IMG/VR virus record: IMGVR_UViG_3300047318_000482
Location: 26,526-90,525 of that record
Direction: 5' to 3' (one strand)
DNA: 64,000 bases
Source: a virus
Below the pieces are notes generated by a model. That model saw only the letters and a program-made list of their open reading frames with translations. It was not told where the DNA came from and ran no database searches. Positions 44,787 to 53,752 of this stretch are shown one piece after another. Every line of letters starts with the position of its first letter. The first letter of the stretch is position 1. The translations under genes and the position numbers were made by a program.

Positions 44787-46049
44787 ATGAGCGTCTCCCG
44801 TATTCGCGGCATCGCGAAGCTGCTCGAGCAGGTGCGCCAGTTGGACGCTGCCGACGAGACGTTCGAGGTTGAAGCTGAGGACGACGTCCCGTTCGTTCAG
44901 CTCGGGCACTGGGTCGCCTTGTCTGGCGTCAGCGCCGGCGCTCTCGCGCTGTACTGGATGCTCGCCCTGCACCTGAACCGGACCCGCGGTGACCGCTACG
45001 TATGGCCGACGACTGCCGTCCTCGCCCACATGCTGGGCTACTCCCGCGGCGACAAGATCAAGAAGTTCGCCGACGAGCTGGCCGCGATCGGTGCTATCCG
45101 GGTGATCCCAGTGCCCGACGTCAAGGGACCGCAGAAGCGCAACGTCTACCGGCTACGGCGCACGCCTCCCGAGGGCTACACCGGCCCCCTGTCCCTGGGA
45201 GCGTTCTACGCGGAGCTCAGCGAGGCGTATGAACAGGAAACCGCAGGTGACGCCGTGTGCCCCGAAACGGGGGTACACGTGACCCCCGAAACGGGGGGTG
45301 ACGTAGCCCCTCAAACGGGGGGGCACGTGGCACCCCAAACGGGGGGAGGAACTACAAGAACCACTAACTACATGAAGGAGAAGGACGCGCCTACGGCGCG
45401 TAGCGCCGCTGACGGCCGTAGGCCTCCTACAGGTAGTAGGGGCTCGAGGGCTGGCGGCTCCGCCGCGTCCAGCAAGACGAAGCCCGATCAACTCACCCCG
45501 AGACAGCGCCAGCAGGCCACCGCGTTCTTCCAGTCGCTGCCCAAGCAGCTCGCCGACCTCGTACCGGCGAACCCGCCCGGCAACCTGAAGGCGGCAGTCC
45601 TCGAGGCCCTGGCCGTCGATCGGCCGGAAGCCCGGACCGCAGAGCAGCTCGTCACCTACCGGCTACTCCCGAAATGGAACGGGCACTACGCATCCAAGGA
45701 CCAGGCCGGACCCTTGGAGAAGCCCGTTGGCGTCCTCATCACGATGCTGCACCGGGATGCCGAGTGCGGGGACCCGCGCTGCGACGAGCGGACGAACGTC
45801 GACACCGGGCAGCCGTGCACTTCATGCGAGCAGCGGGCCGTCAACCAGCGTGCCGACCGCGTTCTGGAGGCTGCGGCAACAGCCCCACGGCCCCCGGCAG
45901 ACTCGAGGCCGTCGGCGCAGCAGCAAGCGAGCACGCCCCGTACCGTCGTCTTGCCGCCTCCTGGAGGCCCGGGGGGCGAGTGGGCGGCGCCCAACAGTGA
46001 ATACCGTGCCATCCGGGCCCTGACGTCCGGGCAGAAGCGACACCGATGA
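44787..46049 (+). CDS. Replication initiator (N-terminal wHTH, lambda-O/DnaD-like organisation)
   Basis: ALY..L...VWPT...LA.MLG.S...EL...G.I...N.Y.L; internal iterons; upstream of DnaB. Confidence 0.7.
   Translation: MSVSRIRGIAKLLEQVRQLDAADETFEVEAEDDVPFVQLGHWVALSGVSAGALALYWMLALHLNRTRGDRYVWPTTAVLAHMLGYSRGDKIKKFADELAAIGAIRVIPVPDVKGPQKRNVYRLRRTPPEGYTGPLSLGAFYAELSEAYEQETAGDAVCPETGVHVTPETGGDVAPQTGGHVAPQTGGGTTRTTNYMKEKDAPTARSAADGRRPPTGSRGSRAGGSAASSKTKPDQLTPRQRQQATAFFQSLPKQLADLVPANPPGNLKAAVLEALAVDRPEARTAEQLVTYRLLPKWNGHYASKDQAGPLEKPVGVLITMLHRDAECGDPRCDERTNVDTGQPCTSCEQRAVNQRADRVLEAAATAPRPPADSRPSAQQQASTPRTVVLPPPGGPGGEWAAPNSEYRAIRALTSGQKRHR
45255..45350. repeat. Four 24-bp imperfect tandem iterons (putative origin)
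   Basis: Units GTGTGCCCCGAAACGGGGGTACAC etc., each with internal dyad CCCC-GAAAC-GGGG. Confidence 0.7.
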
Positions 46050-46057
46050 GGGGGATC

Positions 46058-46960
46058 ATGAGCGAGAGCGCAGCCCAGAGTGCGGGCTCCGGCCGCATCA
46101 GCGACCTGATCGAAGGGGTCCTGGACGACATCGAAGCCGCGGGCTCCCGGGAACCACGACAGAAGCCGAACCACCTCCGCGGGATCTCCACCGGGTTCAC
46201 CGAACTGGACTCCCTGACCGGCGGACACCTCGGCGGCCGGCTGATGGTCATCGCGTCCAGGCCGGGCCTTGGACGGACGACCCTGCTGACGGACATGTGC
46301 CGACAGGCGGCCATCCAGAACGACGTCCCCACGGCCGTCTACACGCTGGAGGAGAGCCGCGAGCACTTCATCACGCGCGTCAAGTCCGCGGAGGGCCGCA
46401 TCGCCCGGCACCACATCCACATGGGCAACATGACCGAAGACGACTGGGCCCGACTCGGCAGGATCATGCCGAAGGTGTCCGCCGCCCCACTGTGGATCAA
46501 GTCGCCCAGCAGCCTGACGATGCGGCAGCTGGCCTCCGAGGTCACCGAATTGGTCCAGGATCACGGGGTGCGCCTGGTGGCAGTCGACGGGATCCAGGAC
46601 ATCCGGCCCGAGAAGCGCAGCGACCTCCGGGAGCGCGAGGTCGGCGACGTCGTCCGCGACCTGAAGACCCTGGCCCGCGAGCTGGACGTACCGATCGTCG
46701 CGACCAGCCATCTCAACCGCAGCCCCGAGCAGCGCTGGGACAAGAAGCCGATGCTGGACGACCTGCGCGAGTCGGGGGCCATCACCTTTGCCGCAGACGT
46801 GCTCATCCTTCTCCACCGCGAGGACGCCTACGACCGCGAGAGCCCGCGCGCCGGCGAAGCCGACTTCATCGTGGCCAAGCACCGCAACGGTCCCACCGCC
46901 ACGATCACGACGGCCTTCCAGGGGCACTACGGACGGTTCGTCGACATGGCGGAGACCTGA
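46058..46960 (+). CDS. dnaB: DnaB-like helicase, C-terminal domain only, degenerate motifs
   Basis: GISTGF.ELD.LTGG, LK.LARELDVP, DLRESG.I..AD, AKHRNGPT; Walker A reads GLGRTT. Confidence 0.85.
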   Translation: MSESAAQSAGSGRISDLIEGVLDDIEAAGSREPRQKPNHLRGISTGFTELDSLTGGHLGGRLMVIASRPGLGRTTLLTDMCRQAAIQNDVPTAVYTLEESREHFITRVKSAEGRIARHHIHMGNMTEDDWARLGRIMPKVSAAPLWIKSPSSLTMRQLASEVTELVQDHGVRLVAVDGIQDIRPEKRSDLREREVGDVVRDLKTLARELDVPIVATSHLNRSPEQRWDKKPMLDDLRESGAITFAADVLILLHREDAYDRESPRAGEADFIVAKHRNGPTATITTAFQGHYGRFVDMAET

Positions 46961-46968
46961 TCTAGCCC

Positions 46969-47004
46969 GACGGCGCCTCGGGCCTTCGGGTCTGGGGCGC
47001 CGTC
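46969..47004. terminator. Hairpin with cUUCGg loop after dnaB
   Basis: GACGGCGCC...GGCGCCGTC. Confidence 0.65.
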
Positions 47005-47167
47005 AATCGTCGGGGGTCCAGGGTGGTGGCGGGGTCTCGTTAATGCGGCCGCACCACCAGCAGTCCCACTCGTCCGGGACGCGGTAGAGCTCCCGCCAGA
47101 AGCCGGCGGGCTTGCCGTAGACGGAGCAGTCGGCTTCGCACCACCAGCAGACGAACAGGAAGTTCAC
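47003..47167 (-). CDS. Small zinc-ribbon protein
   Basis: CWWC twice; GGAAGGAAG upstream. Confidence 0.5.
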   Translation of the reverse strand: MNFLFVCWWCEADCSVYGKPAGFWRELYRVPDEWDCWWCGRINETPPPPWTPDD

Positions 47168-47193
47168 GGGCTTCCTTCCGGGCGTGGTGCGGA

Positions 47194-47240
47194 CCACACC
47201 GCATGTTGTATTGCGTACGTAATAGATTCCGGGGTAGGGT
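47194..47240 (+). promoter_or_regulatory. Sigma70-type promoter with overlapping palindromic operator, copy 1
   Basis: TTGCGT-N18-TAGGGT; TATTGCGTACGTAATA dyad; similar to 49711-49756. Confidence 0.6.
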
Positions 47241-47428
47241 CATACACGACAGCCCAACAATGCCCTCGCCCCCCACGATAGGAGACCGCACCCCACCCCC
47301 CAACCCCCCACCAACCAGGGCCCACCCGTCCCCCTCGGGTGGGCCCTCCCTCTTTCCAGGGGGAACGCTGTCAGTGCCGCCCGGCACGATAGGACCCAGA
47401 ACGCCCAACACCGGCTTGGAGGCCTGTA

Positions 47429-48154
47429 GTGGACGCAGCAGACGCAGCAGACTTCTCCACCCTCACCGACGACCAGTACTCCGATGTCCTCACCCGCCAG
47501 GTACACCCGCGGTTCCGCGACCCGGACGTCTGGAATGCGCTGACCAGCCCCGAGAACATCGAACGCACCCGCGCCGTCTTCGTGCAGATGCACCAGCGGA
47601 CCGGGAACGCGCTCGGGCGGAAGAAGTCCGAGCGGGAAGCGTTCGAGCAGGAATGCCGGGCCCGCGGCGCGGCCGGGAAGACCGCCTGGTTCGAGAGCCA
47701 GCCCGCGTACGAGAACGCACGGCGCAAGATCGCCGGGTTCCACCAGAGGCTTCAGCAGGCCATCTCGGACGTCGGGAAGATCCAGAAGGATCACAACCGT
47801 GCCGGTAGCCATATGGTCAGCAACGCGGCCCGCGAGACGCTCCGTCAGCTCGCCGTAGCAGTGCAGCGGCACCAGGCCCAGCACGCGAAAAGCGGATCGG
47901 TCGCGGAGCAGCAGGACTACGAGCTGTGGCAGCTCCTGGACCGGCTCACCGTGCCGTGCGGCCCCAACCACGAGCCGACGAGCCTGCGGACGATGCTCGA
48001 CTTCTACTGGACGGACGTAGAGCAGACCACGGCAGCCGGTGACGCCCGTGCGGCGGCGGAGAAGACCATGCGGCAGGCCCCGGCCGGCCGCTCCTCCCAG
48101 TACGCGGGCGTTCCCCGCGCCCGGCACGTCGGCAGTGAGAAGCCGCTCACCTGA
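47429..48154 (+). CDS. Hypothetical helical protein
   Basis: 241-aa ORF with GGAGG RBS and high GC3. Confidence 0.7.
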   Translation: MDAADAADFSTLTDDQYSDVLTRQVHPRFRDPDVWNALTSPENIERTRAVFVQMHQRTGNALGRKKSEREAFEQECRARGAAGKTAWFESQPAYENARRKIAGFHQRLQQAISDVGKIQKDHNRAGSHMVSNAARETLRQLAVAVQRHQAQHAKSGSVAEQQDYELWQLLDRLTVPCGPNHEPTSLRTMLDFYWTDVEQTTAAGDARAAAEKTMRQAPAGRSSQYAGVPRARHVGSEKPLT

Positions 48155-48166
48155 CCGCGCGGCCCC

Positions 48167-48197
48167 GGGCCAGGCCGTCCGGGGCCTGGCCCATTTC
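48167..48197 (+). terminator. Hairpin terminator
   Basis: GGGCCAGGCC...GGCCTGGCCC then ATTT. Confidence 0.5.
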
Positions 48198-48267
48198 CGT
48201 CCGCACTGTCAGTAGCCGCTGCCAGACTGGCGGCGGCCGACAGCCCCTTCCCGAAAGGCTCCGCCAC

Positions 48268-48654
48268 GTGAACCTGACCCGCACACCGTCCGAACTCGCC
48301 GACGACGCGGCAGAAGCCGTCCGGTCCCTGAACCACGTAACGATGCACCGGGACGCCTACAAGGAGCCGGCCGACATCAATTCGACGGTCGCGAACATCG
48401 AGGCCATGGTCCACATGCTGCCGCAGTTCCTCACCCAGACCACACGGACGCTGCAGGCGATGGCGGAGTCCCCCGGGATCCGTATCGACTCGGGAACGGA
48501 CTCGTCGGAGAGGGTTGCGGAAACGGTCCACGCCCTGACCGCAGCACAGCGGGCCCTGCAGGCAGTTGGAGCCCAGCTCTACGAGGCCAACCAGCGGCTG
48601 TCCACGATGGGATGGCACTTCAGCCCTGACGACGCCACGAGGGAGGAAGCGTGA
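48268..48654 (+). CDS. Hypothetical protein
   Basis: AEAVRSLNH motif; GAAAGG RBS. Confidence 0.6.
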   Translation: MNLTRTPSELADDAAEAVRSLNHVTMHRDAYKEPADINSTVANIEAMVHMLPQFLTQTTRTLQAMAESPGIRIDSGTDSSERVAETVHALTAAQRALQAVGAQLYEANQRLSTMGWHFSPDDATREEA

Positions 48655-48917
48655 CGCTCGGCGAGCTGCGCGCGGAGTTGGAGAAGCTGAAGCACCTCCC
48701 GGACGCTGCGGTCGTTGTACTGGCCGCGAATCCGGAGGGCCTGAACTTCTCGCCTGCAGGCCTGCTGCATGAGGGCTGGTACGTGGGCGACGAGATCGCC
48801 GGCCAGGTGTATCTGACGGAGGAACTCCGCCAGGGCATGGAGGACCCGGCAGAGTTCCCTGCGGTTCCGGTCGGGGAAGGCGCGGTGACAGCCGTCTGCC
48901 TGTATCCGAAGGGCTGA
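48651..48917 (+). CDS. Hypothetical protein
   Basis: GTGA overlap with upstream gene. Confidence 0.6.
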   Translation: MTLGELRAELEKLKHLPDAAVVVLAANPEGLNFSPAGLLHEGWYVGDEIAGQVYLTEELRQGMEDPAEFPAVPVGEGAVTAVCLYPKG

Positions 48918-49213
48918 CGCGACGATGAGGCCGAGACGGCAGCAGCCGCGGGATGTCCGGGGCCGGTACACGCGGCGCCCTGCCAGTCCCCCGCCGTGGT
49001 GGTTCATTGTCCTGGTGGTCGGGCTCGTCTTCGTGGCCGCGTACCTGATCTGACCATCCCTCACTGGACTCGGACGGCCGGGGAACGTTGTCGGTGGCGG
49101 GTGTCAGACTGGGCGCAGATTGCTCCAAAGCGCCCCCATGACCCGGTCACCTGTCCGGTAGGGGAAACGCTGGTCGACTGCCCCCAGACCCGTACGCCGG
49201 GCTGGGGGCGTCT

Positions 49214-49462
49214 TCATGCCGTCTTCTTCGCCTTCGCGTGCCCGGGCCAGTCCTGGTCGTCCTCCGCAGTCGGCAGTTCGCCGTGTCCCTCGTACCAGGG
49301 GTTCGCCCACCCGCAAACGCCGCAGGCGTAACGGCCCTTCAGTCCGGACACCTCCGACCCGCACTGGGGGCAGCCCATGGCGGTGATTTCCTGCGACGCG
49401 AGGAACGCGGCCGCGGCGGCCGCCGTCTCTGTCGCCTGGCGGGTGGGCTGGTCCGTGGTCAC
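49214..49462 (-). CDS. Small zinc-ribbon protein
   Basis: CPQC...CGVC. Confidence 0.55.
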   Translation of the reverse strand: MTTDQPTRQATETAAAAAAFLASQEITAMGCPQCGSEVSGLKGRYACGVCGWANPWYEGHGELPTAEDDQDWPGHAKAKKTA

Positions 49463-49593
49463 GGCGCTGACTTTACCTGCGGGGCCGGGGCCGGCGCGTT
49501 GCCGGATATTGGGCCGCACAGGATGCAGGACCAGGATCCGTCTGAGCCTTGCTGGGCTGTTCCCCCGCAGCGTGGGCAGTTCACGATGACCAT
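49459..49593 (-). CDS. Small zinc-ribbon protein
   Basis: CPRC...CILC; overlaps next gene by 4 nt. Confidence 0.45.
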   Translation of the reverse strand: MVIVNCPRCGGTAQQGSDGSWSCILCGPISGNAPAPAPQVKSAP

Positions 49594-49710
49594 CCCCTTT
49601 TCGTCGCCCGTACGCGACGTCGTGAGACCAGCGTGCCCGGGTTGGGGCCGGCTGAACAGGGGGCCGGTGGGCGGGGGTTCGGTGCCGGGTGGGTCGGGTG
49701 TCGGGGTACC

Positions 49711-49756
49711 CCACCCCGCATTTTCTATTGCGTACGCAATGGTACATGGGTAGAGT
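49711..49756 (+). promoter_or_regulatory. Sigma70-type promoter with overlapping palindromic operator, copy 2
   Basis: TTGCGT-N17-TAGAGT; perfect palindrome ATTGCGTACGCAAT. Confidence 0.65.
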
Positions 49757-49843
49757 GGACCCCACACCCCCCAAGCCGAGGCAACACCCGCCCCAAACCG
49801 GGCCACCCTCACCAATACGCACCCTGCAACAGCAAGGAACAAC

Positions 49844-50503
49844 ATGGCCAGCCGCATTACGTACCGAGGCCGCGTCTGCAAAGTCCTCGCCGCCCGAGGC
49901 AAGCCCTACCACCGCAAGATGGTCATCAACGGCTACACCATCAACAGCGCCTGGCAGGGCAACGACCAGCAGGCCCTGGACTGGTTCAAGCAGATCATCG
50001 ACCAGATGGACGCCGCCGGCGGACCCGGAAACAGCGCCGAACGCCTCCACTACACCGCCCCGCACTGGTGGGAACCCGGCACGTTCGACGTCAACCCCAA
50101 CGGATGCGCCACCCAGCCCGGAGGCGTCTGCCTCTGCACCCGCTGCGTCATCCCCGACATCGGCGGCGGCAAGGCCCGCTTCGCACCCCTCCACCCCGAC
50201 GCCTGCCAGCTCTGCCACCAGCGCGCCGACGGCCACGACGACGACGTCCACCTGGACTGGCACCGCTTCACCGAACCCACCGACGTCCAGCGCGCCGGCC
50301 GTCAGGCCACCGTCGACGAATTCCGACGGCTCACCGAGGACGACGACCCCAGCGAAGCGATGTGCGACGCGATCTACCCCCGCACGGTCCGCGACTACCT
50401 CAGCCCGCCCCGCTGCCTGTGCTTCGCCGACCACCGCGACGCCAACAACCCCGACTTCCACGAAGACGCCCGCGGCTTCCGCTGGCCCCGAACGGTCGCC
50501 TGA
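49844..50503 (+). CDS. Hypothetical Cys/His-rich protein
   Basis: AAGGA RBS; high GC3. Confidence 0.7.
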   Translation: MASRITYRGRVCKVLAARGKPYHRKMVINGYTINSAWQGNDQQALDWFKQIIDQMDAAGGPGNSAERLHYTAPHWWEPGTFDVNPNGCATQPGGVCLCTRCVIPDIGGGKARFAPLHPDACQLCHQRADGHDDDVHLDWHRFTEPTDVQRAGRQATVDEFRRLTEDDDPSEAMCDAIYPRTVRDYLSPPRCLCFADHRDANNPDFHEDARGFRWPRTVA

Positions 50504-50600
50504 CCCCGCGCCCTGCCCCCGCCACCGAGCGGGGGCAACGTGCGTTCCGATCCGCGACACCCTGAACCCGGACACGCCTCCCCGCCCCAGGAGCAGCCCC

Positions 50601-51086
50601 ATGACCGACACCAGCCCCCTCGCCGAGGACCAGATCGACGACATCGACGCCCTCGCCGCGCACCTCCACGAGTACGCGACCACGCTGGACAAAATCCACC
50701 AAGCGCAGCTCGACCAGCTCACCGGGACCGACGTGCCCGCGATGGCCGCCGAGATCCGACGACTCCGGGCCCGCACGCTCACCAAGAGCGAGCACAGCGC
50801 CGCCTGGCACGCCGTCGAAGGCGCCGCCAGCGAGGAAGGCGCGGACCCCGGCACGGTCCTGCACGCCGTCCTCGACAGGCTCGGCATCACCGTCCCCGGC
50901 GCCGAGGAGCAGCCGGCCGCCGAGGACACGCTGCCCGCCTGGCTGGCGCAGCGCTTCGACCCGCGGGGCCCCGAGTGGAACGCCCTGGCCGACGACGACC
51001 GGACGTACTGGGAGCACCACGCTGCCGCTGTCCGCCGCGCTGTCGCCCGGGGCGGGTTCAAGGCCGCCGAGGGGGCGCAGCGATGA
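50601..51086 (+). CDS. Hypothetical protein
   Basis: AGGAG RBS; DVP.MAAEIRRLR motif. Confidence 0.65.
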   Translation: MTDTSPLAEDQIDDIDALAAHLHEYATTLDKIHQAQLDQLTGTDVPAMAAEIRRLRARTLTKSEHSAAWHAVEGAASEEGADPGTVLHAVLDRLGITVPGAEEQPAAEDTLPAWLAQRFDPRGPEWNALADDDRTYWEHHAAAVRRAVARGGFKAAEGAQR

Positions 51087-51292
51087 CCGCCTACCCGATC
51101 GGCGTTGAGGTCTCCTGCGACGGACCCGACGAGCAGACCGACTGCCCCGACAGTGCCGCGGTCCGCGCCAGCTTCACATCTCGGACCGCCCCGCAGGTGC
51201 GGGCCGACGGCCACGCGGACGGCTGGACCACCCGCCGCGGGCCCGGACTCCGCGACGTGTGCCCCGCATGCCGGGCCAAGCCCACCCCGTGA
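51083..51292 (+). CDS. Small zinc-finger protein
   Basis: SCDG...C...GW...DVCPAC; ATGA overlap. Confidence 0.6.
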   Translation: MTAYPIGVEVSCDGPDEQTDCPDSAAVRASFTSRTAPQVRADGHADGWTTRRGPGLRDVCPACRAKPTP

Positions 51293-51380
51293 TCTTCCGC
51301 GACACGGGCCACCTGCCTGCCGGTAACAGGCGGGTGGCCCGCACCCCGAACCCTACGCACCACCCGAGGAGCAACAGCCC

Positions 51381-52124
51381 ATGACCGAGACCACACCCCC
51401 GGACCGGCCGTTCGTCGTGACGGGCCAGACCATCCACGTGACCGTGTCCGGCCAGCCCGACATCGAGAACAGGTTCGGCCCCGGATGGGTCCGCCCCGAC
51501 AGCGTCCGGATCTCGTACCGGGGCCACCACATGGACGCCCGCATCGACGGACGCTGGGTGCGCGAGAACCGTGAGCTGACGACCGAACGCCTCGACCAGC
51601 ACTACTCGGTGCGGACTGCCACGGACATCGTCGCGTGGCCGGACTGGCTGTGCGCGCTGGCCACGCTGCTGCGCCCCGCCGCCGCCACGGTCCCGGCGTC
51701 CGCGCCCACCGACTGGATCGATGGCCACCCGCAGTTGGAGGCCGTGGCCGCCACGGTGTGGGAGCGGTGCGGGCGTCACGACAGCGGCCTGGTCCTCGAC
51801 GACCCGCGGAACATCGCCGTCGCCGCACTCGCCGCCGTGTCGCCTGCGCCCACCGCCCGCTGCCCGCACGGCTGTGACGTCAGCACCTGCCCCTGCCTCG
51901 CCTGCGAAGCCGACCAGACCGCGCTCCGCGACCGCATCGCCGAGGTGCTGGCCAACACCTCGACCACCAGCGGCTTCACCGGGATCAGCCTGGCAGGCCG
52001 GTGGGAATGCGGGAACTGCGGCGCCACCGGCGACGGCTGGTACGACGAGGACAACGGACTGACCCTGCACGACGAGAACGGACAGCCCTTCACTCCCGAC
52101 GAGCACGTATGCGGGGAGGGCTGA
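51381..52124 (+). CDS. Hypothetical mosaic protein
   Basis: GAGGAG RBS; Cys clusters. Confidence 0.6.
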   Translation: MTETTPPDRPFVVTGQTIHVTVSGQPDIENRFGPGWVRPDSVRISYRGHHMDARIDGRWVRENRELTTERLDQHYSVRTATDIVAWPDWLCALATLLRPAAATVPASAPTDWIDGHPQLEAVAATVWERCGRHDSGLVLDDPRNIAVAALAAVSPAPTARCPHGCDVSTCPCLACEADQTALRDRIAEVLANTSTTSGFTGISLAGRWECGNCGATGDGWYDEDNGLTLHDENGQPFTPDEHVCGEG

Positions 52125-52126
52125 CC

Positions 52127-52441
52127 GTGCTCTGGCTTCTCATCGCGGCCGGGGCCCTCGCCGGCTACAGCATCGGCCGATACCGGCCCGGTCACCGCGC
52201 CTCCAACTGGGCGAACCGGAAACAGTACGACCGGACCATCCGCCGCCACAGCGCCCGCTGGTGGGCCAGAGGGCTCGTCCTGTCCGCCGAGAACATCGGC
52301 TGGCTCATCGCCCACCCCGTGCAGGGCTGGCAGGCCTGGCAGCACCGAAACGACCCGCCACCGCCCCGCAGCCCCGCACCCCGATTCGACCCCGACTGGG
52401 CAGCCAAGCGCCGCGCAGCCGCAGAAGACCAGGCCCTGTGA
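52127..52441 (+). CDS. Small membrane protein
   Basis: N-terminal hydrophobic segment. Confidence 0.55.
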   Translation: MLWLLIAAGALAGYSIGRYRPGHRASNWANRKQYDRTIRRHSARWWARGLVLSAENIGWLIAHPVQGWQAWQHRNDPPPPRSPAPRFDPDWAAKRRAAAEDQAL

Positions 52442-52644
52442 GCGATGTGAAGCGGTGTCGCCGCTGCCGCCGGCCCCTGCCCCGCAACAGCGGCGACATC
52501 GGCCCCGTCTGCGCACGACGCGAGACCGGCCCCACCCGACGCCGCTCCGCCCGCCCCGCACCCGTCCCCCACGCCTCCGACGCCCTCCCCGGCCAGGAGC
52601 AGATGCCCCTCTTCTTCTTCGAAGCGACCCTCTGGAGCCTTTGA
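52438..52644 (+). CDS. Small zinc-finger protein (DUF6011-like)
   Basis: CRRC.RPL...IGPVCA. Confidence 0.55.
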   Translation: MSDVKRCRRCRRPLPRNSGDIGPVCARRETGPTRRRSARPAPVPHASDALPGQEQMPLFFFEATLWSL

Positions 52645-53087
52645 TGACCGCCCCCGGCTTCCGCCTCATCGACGAACCCGTCGCGGACCACCCCGACTAC
52701 GAAGAAGACGGCTGCCAGTGCCCTCCCGACGACAAGCAGTTCCTTCTCGAGATCGAAGAGGGCCAGGCCGTCCTCGTGCACGCCGCCTGCGGAAGGCAGC
52801 CCCCATCGTCGTGGGGTGACTGGCACGACCTCGTCTCCATGGCGCCAATTCCCGTCACCGTCACCTGGAAACGCGAATGCGACGGCTCCATGTGGCACGG
52901 CGACCGCCAGTGCGACGACGACTCTTACGTCGTCGTCGAACCAACCAGCGTCCCCCAGGCCGGCCGCGACCGGTGCATCCACGTCAAGGCCATCCACGAC
53001 GAGCATCACGCCGGGCCGGTTGCCGACTGCCCGTGGTGCACGCGCGACGCCGAGAAGGCCTCCCGAGCAGAGGAGGCCAGCCGATGA
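52644..53087 (+). CDS. Hypothetical Cys/His-rich protein
   Basis: Coupled ORF. Confidence 0.6.
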   Translation: MTAPGFRLIDEPVADHPDYEEDGCQCPPDDKQFLLEIEEGQAVLVHAACGRQPPSSWGDWHDLVSMAPIPVTVTWKRECDGSMWHGDRQCDDDSYVVVEPTSVPQAGRDRCIHVKAIHDEHHAGPVADCPWCTRDAEKASRAEEASR

Positions 53088-53752
53088 CGGACCAGCAGGA
53101 GACCCCGCCCACACACTGCTTCATGTGCGGCCACCCCGTCACCTCCCACGACCCGAACGCCGACGGCGCCCGCCCCTGCCGTTCACCCGGCCACCCCAAC
53201 GGCGTCCCCTGCTCGGACTGCCGTGCCATGCTCACCAGCGAGTACCGGGAGCGCGTCCAGGAGGAACGCGACCGCGCCGGATTCGAGGCCGCTTGGAACG
53301 CCTACCAGCTCACCCTTCAGGACGCCCGCAACGCCTTCGGCGAGCACGCCCCGGTGTTCTTCACCGACATCCACCAGTCGGCGCTCGCGTCCGCGTTCAT
53401 CGCCTACCGCGAGCACCAAGAGCAGGCCGACCGGCTGATCTGCCCAGGCCCGAACTGCGGCGAGGACATCACCGACTACAGCGAAGACGACCACGTCACC
53501 CGCACCGGCGACGACCGCCCGTACTGCTCCGGCGAATGCGTCGTAGCCACCCACCGGACCGTCTCCGAGCGCGTGCCGCTGGCAGACCAGGCCGCGATCC
53601 TCCTCGACATGGCTGGCCAGCTCCGCCGCACCCCGCGCGACTCCAGAGACTTCACCGGCGCCCTGCGCGGGGCCCGACTGATCGAAGAAGAGGTCAAACG
53701 CAGGACCAGCCCGGCGACCGAAGCGACCGACACCGAAAGGACCAGCCCGTGA
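53084..53752 (+). CDS. Hypothetical zinc-finger protein
   Basis: CFMCGH...H, C.GPNC...YCSGEC; AGGAGG RBS. Confidence 0.6.
   Translation: MTDQQETPPTHCFMCGHPVTSHDPNADGARPCRSPGHPNGVPCSDCRAMLTSEYRERVQEERDRAGFEAAWNAYQLTLQDARNAFGEHAPVFFTDIHQSALASAFIAYREHQEQADRLICPGPNCGEDITDYSEDDHVTRTGDDRPYCSGECVVATHRTVSERVPLADQAAILLDMAGQLRRTPRDSRDFTGALRGARLIEEEVKRRTSPATEATDTERTSP

Noticed and set aside
45255-45350. CRISPR array
   Set aside because: The repeats are directly tandem without spacers, lie in frame in Rep, and no cas genes are present
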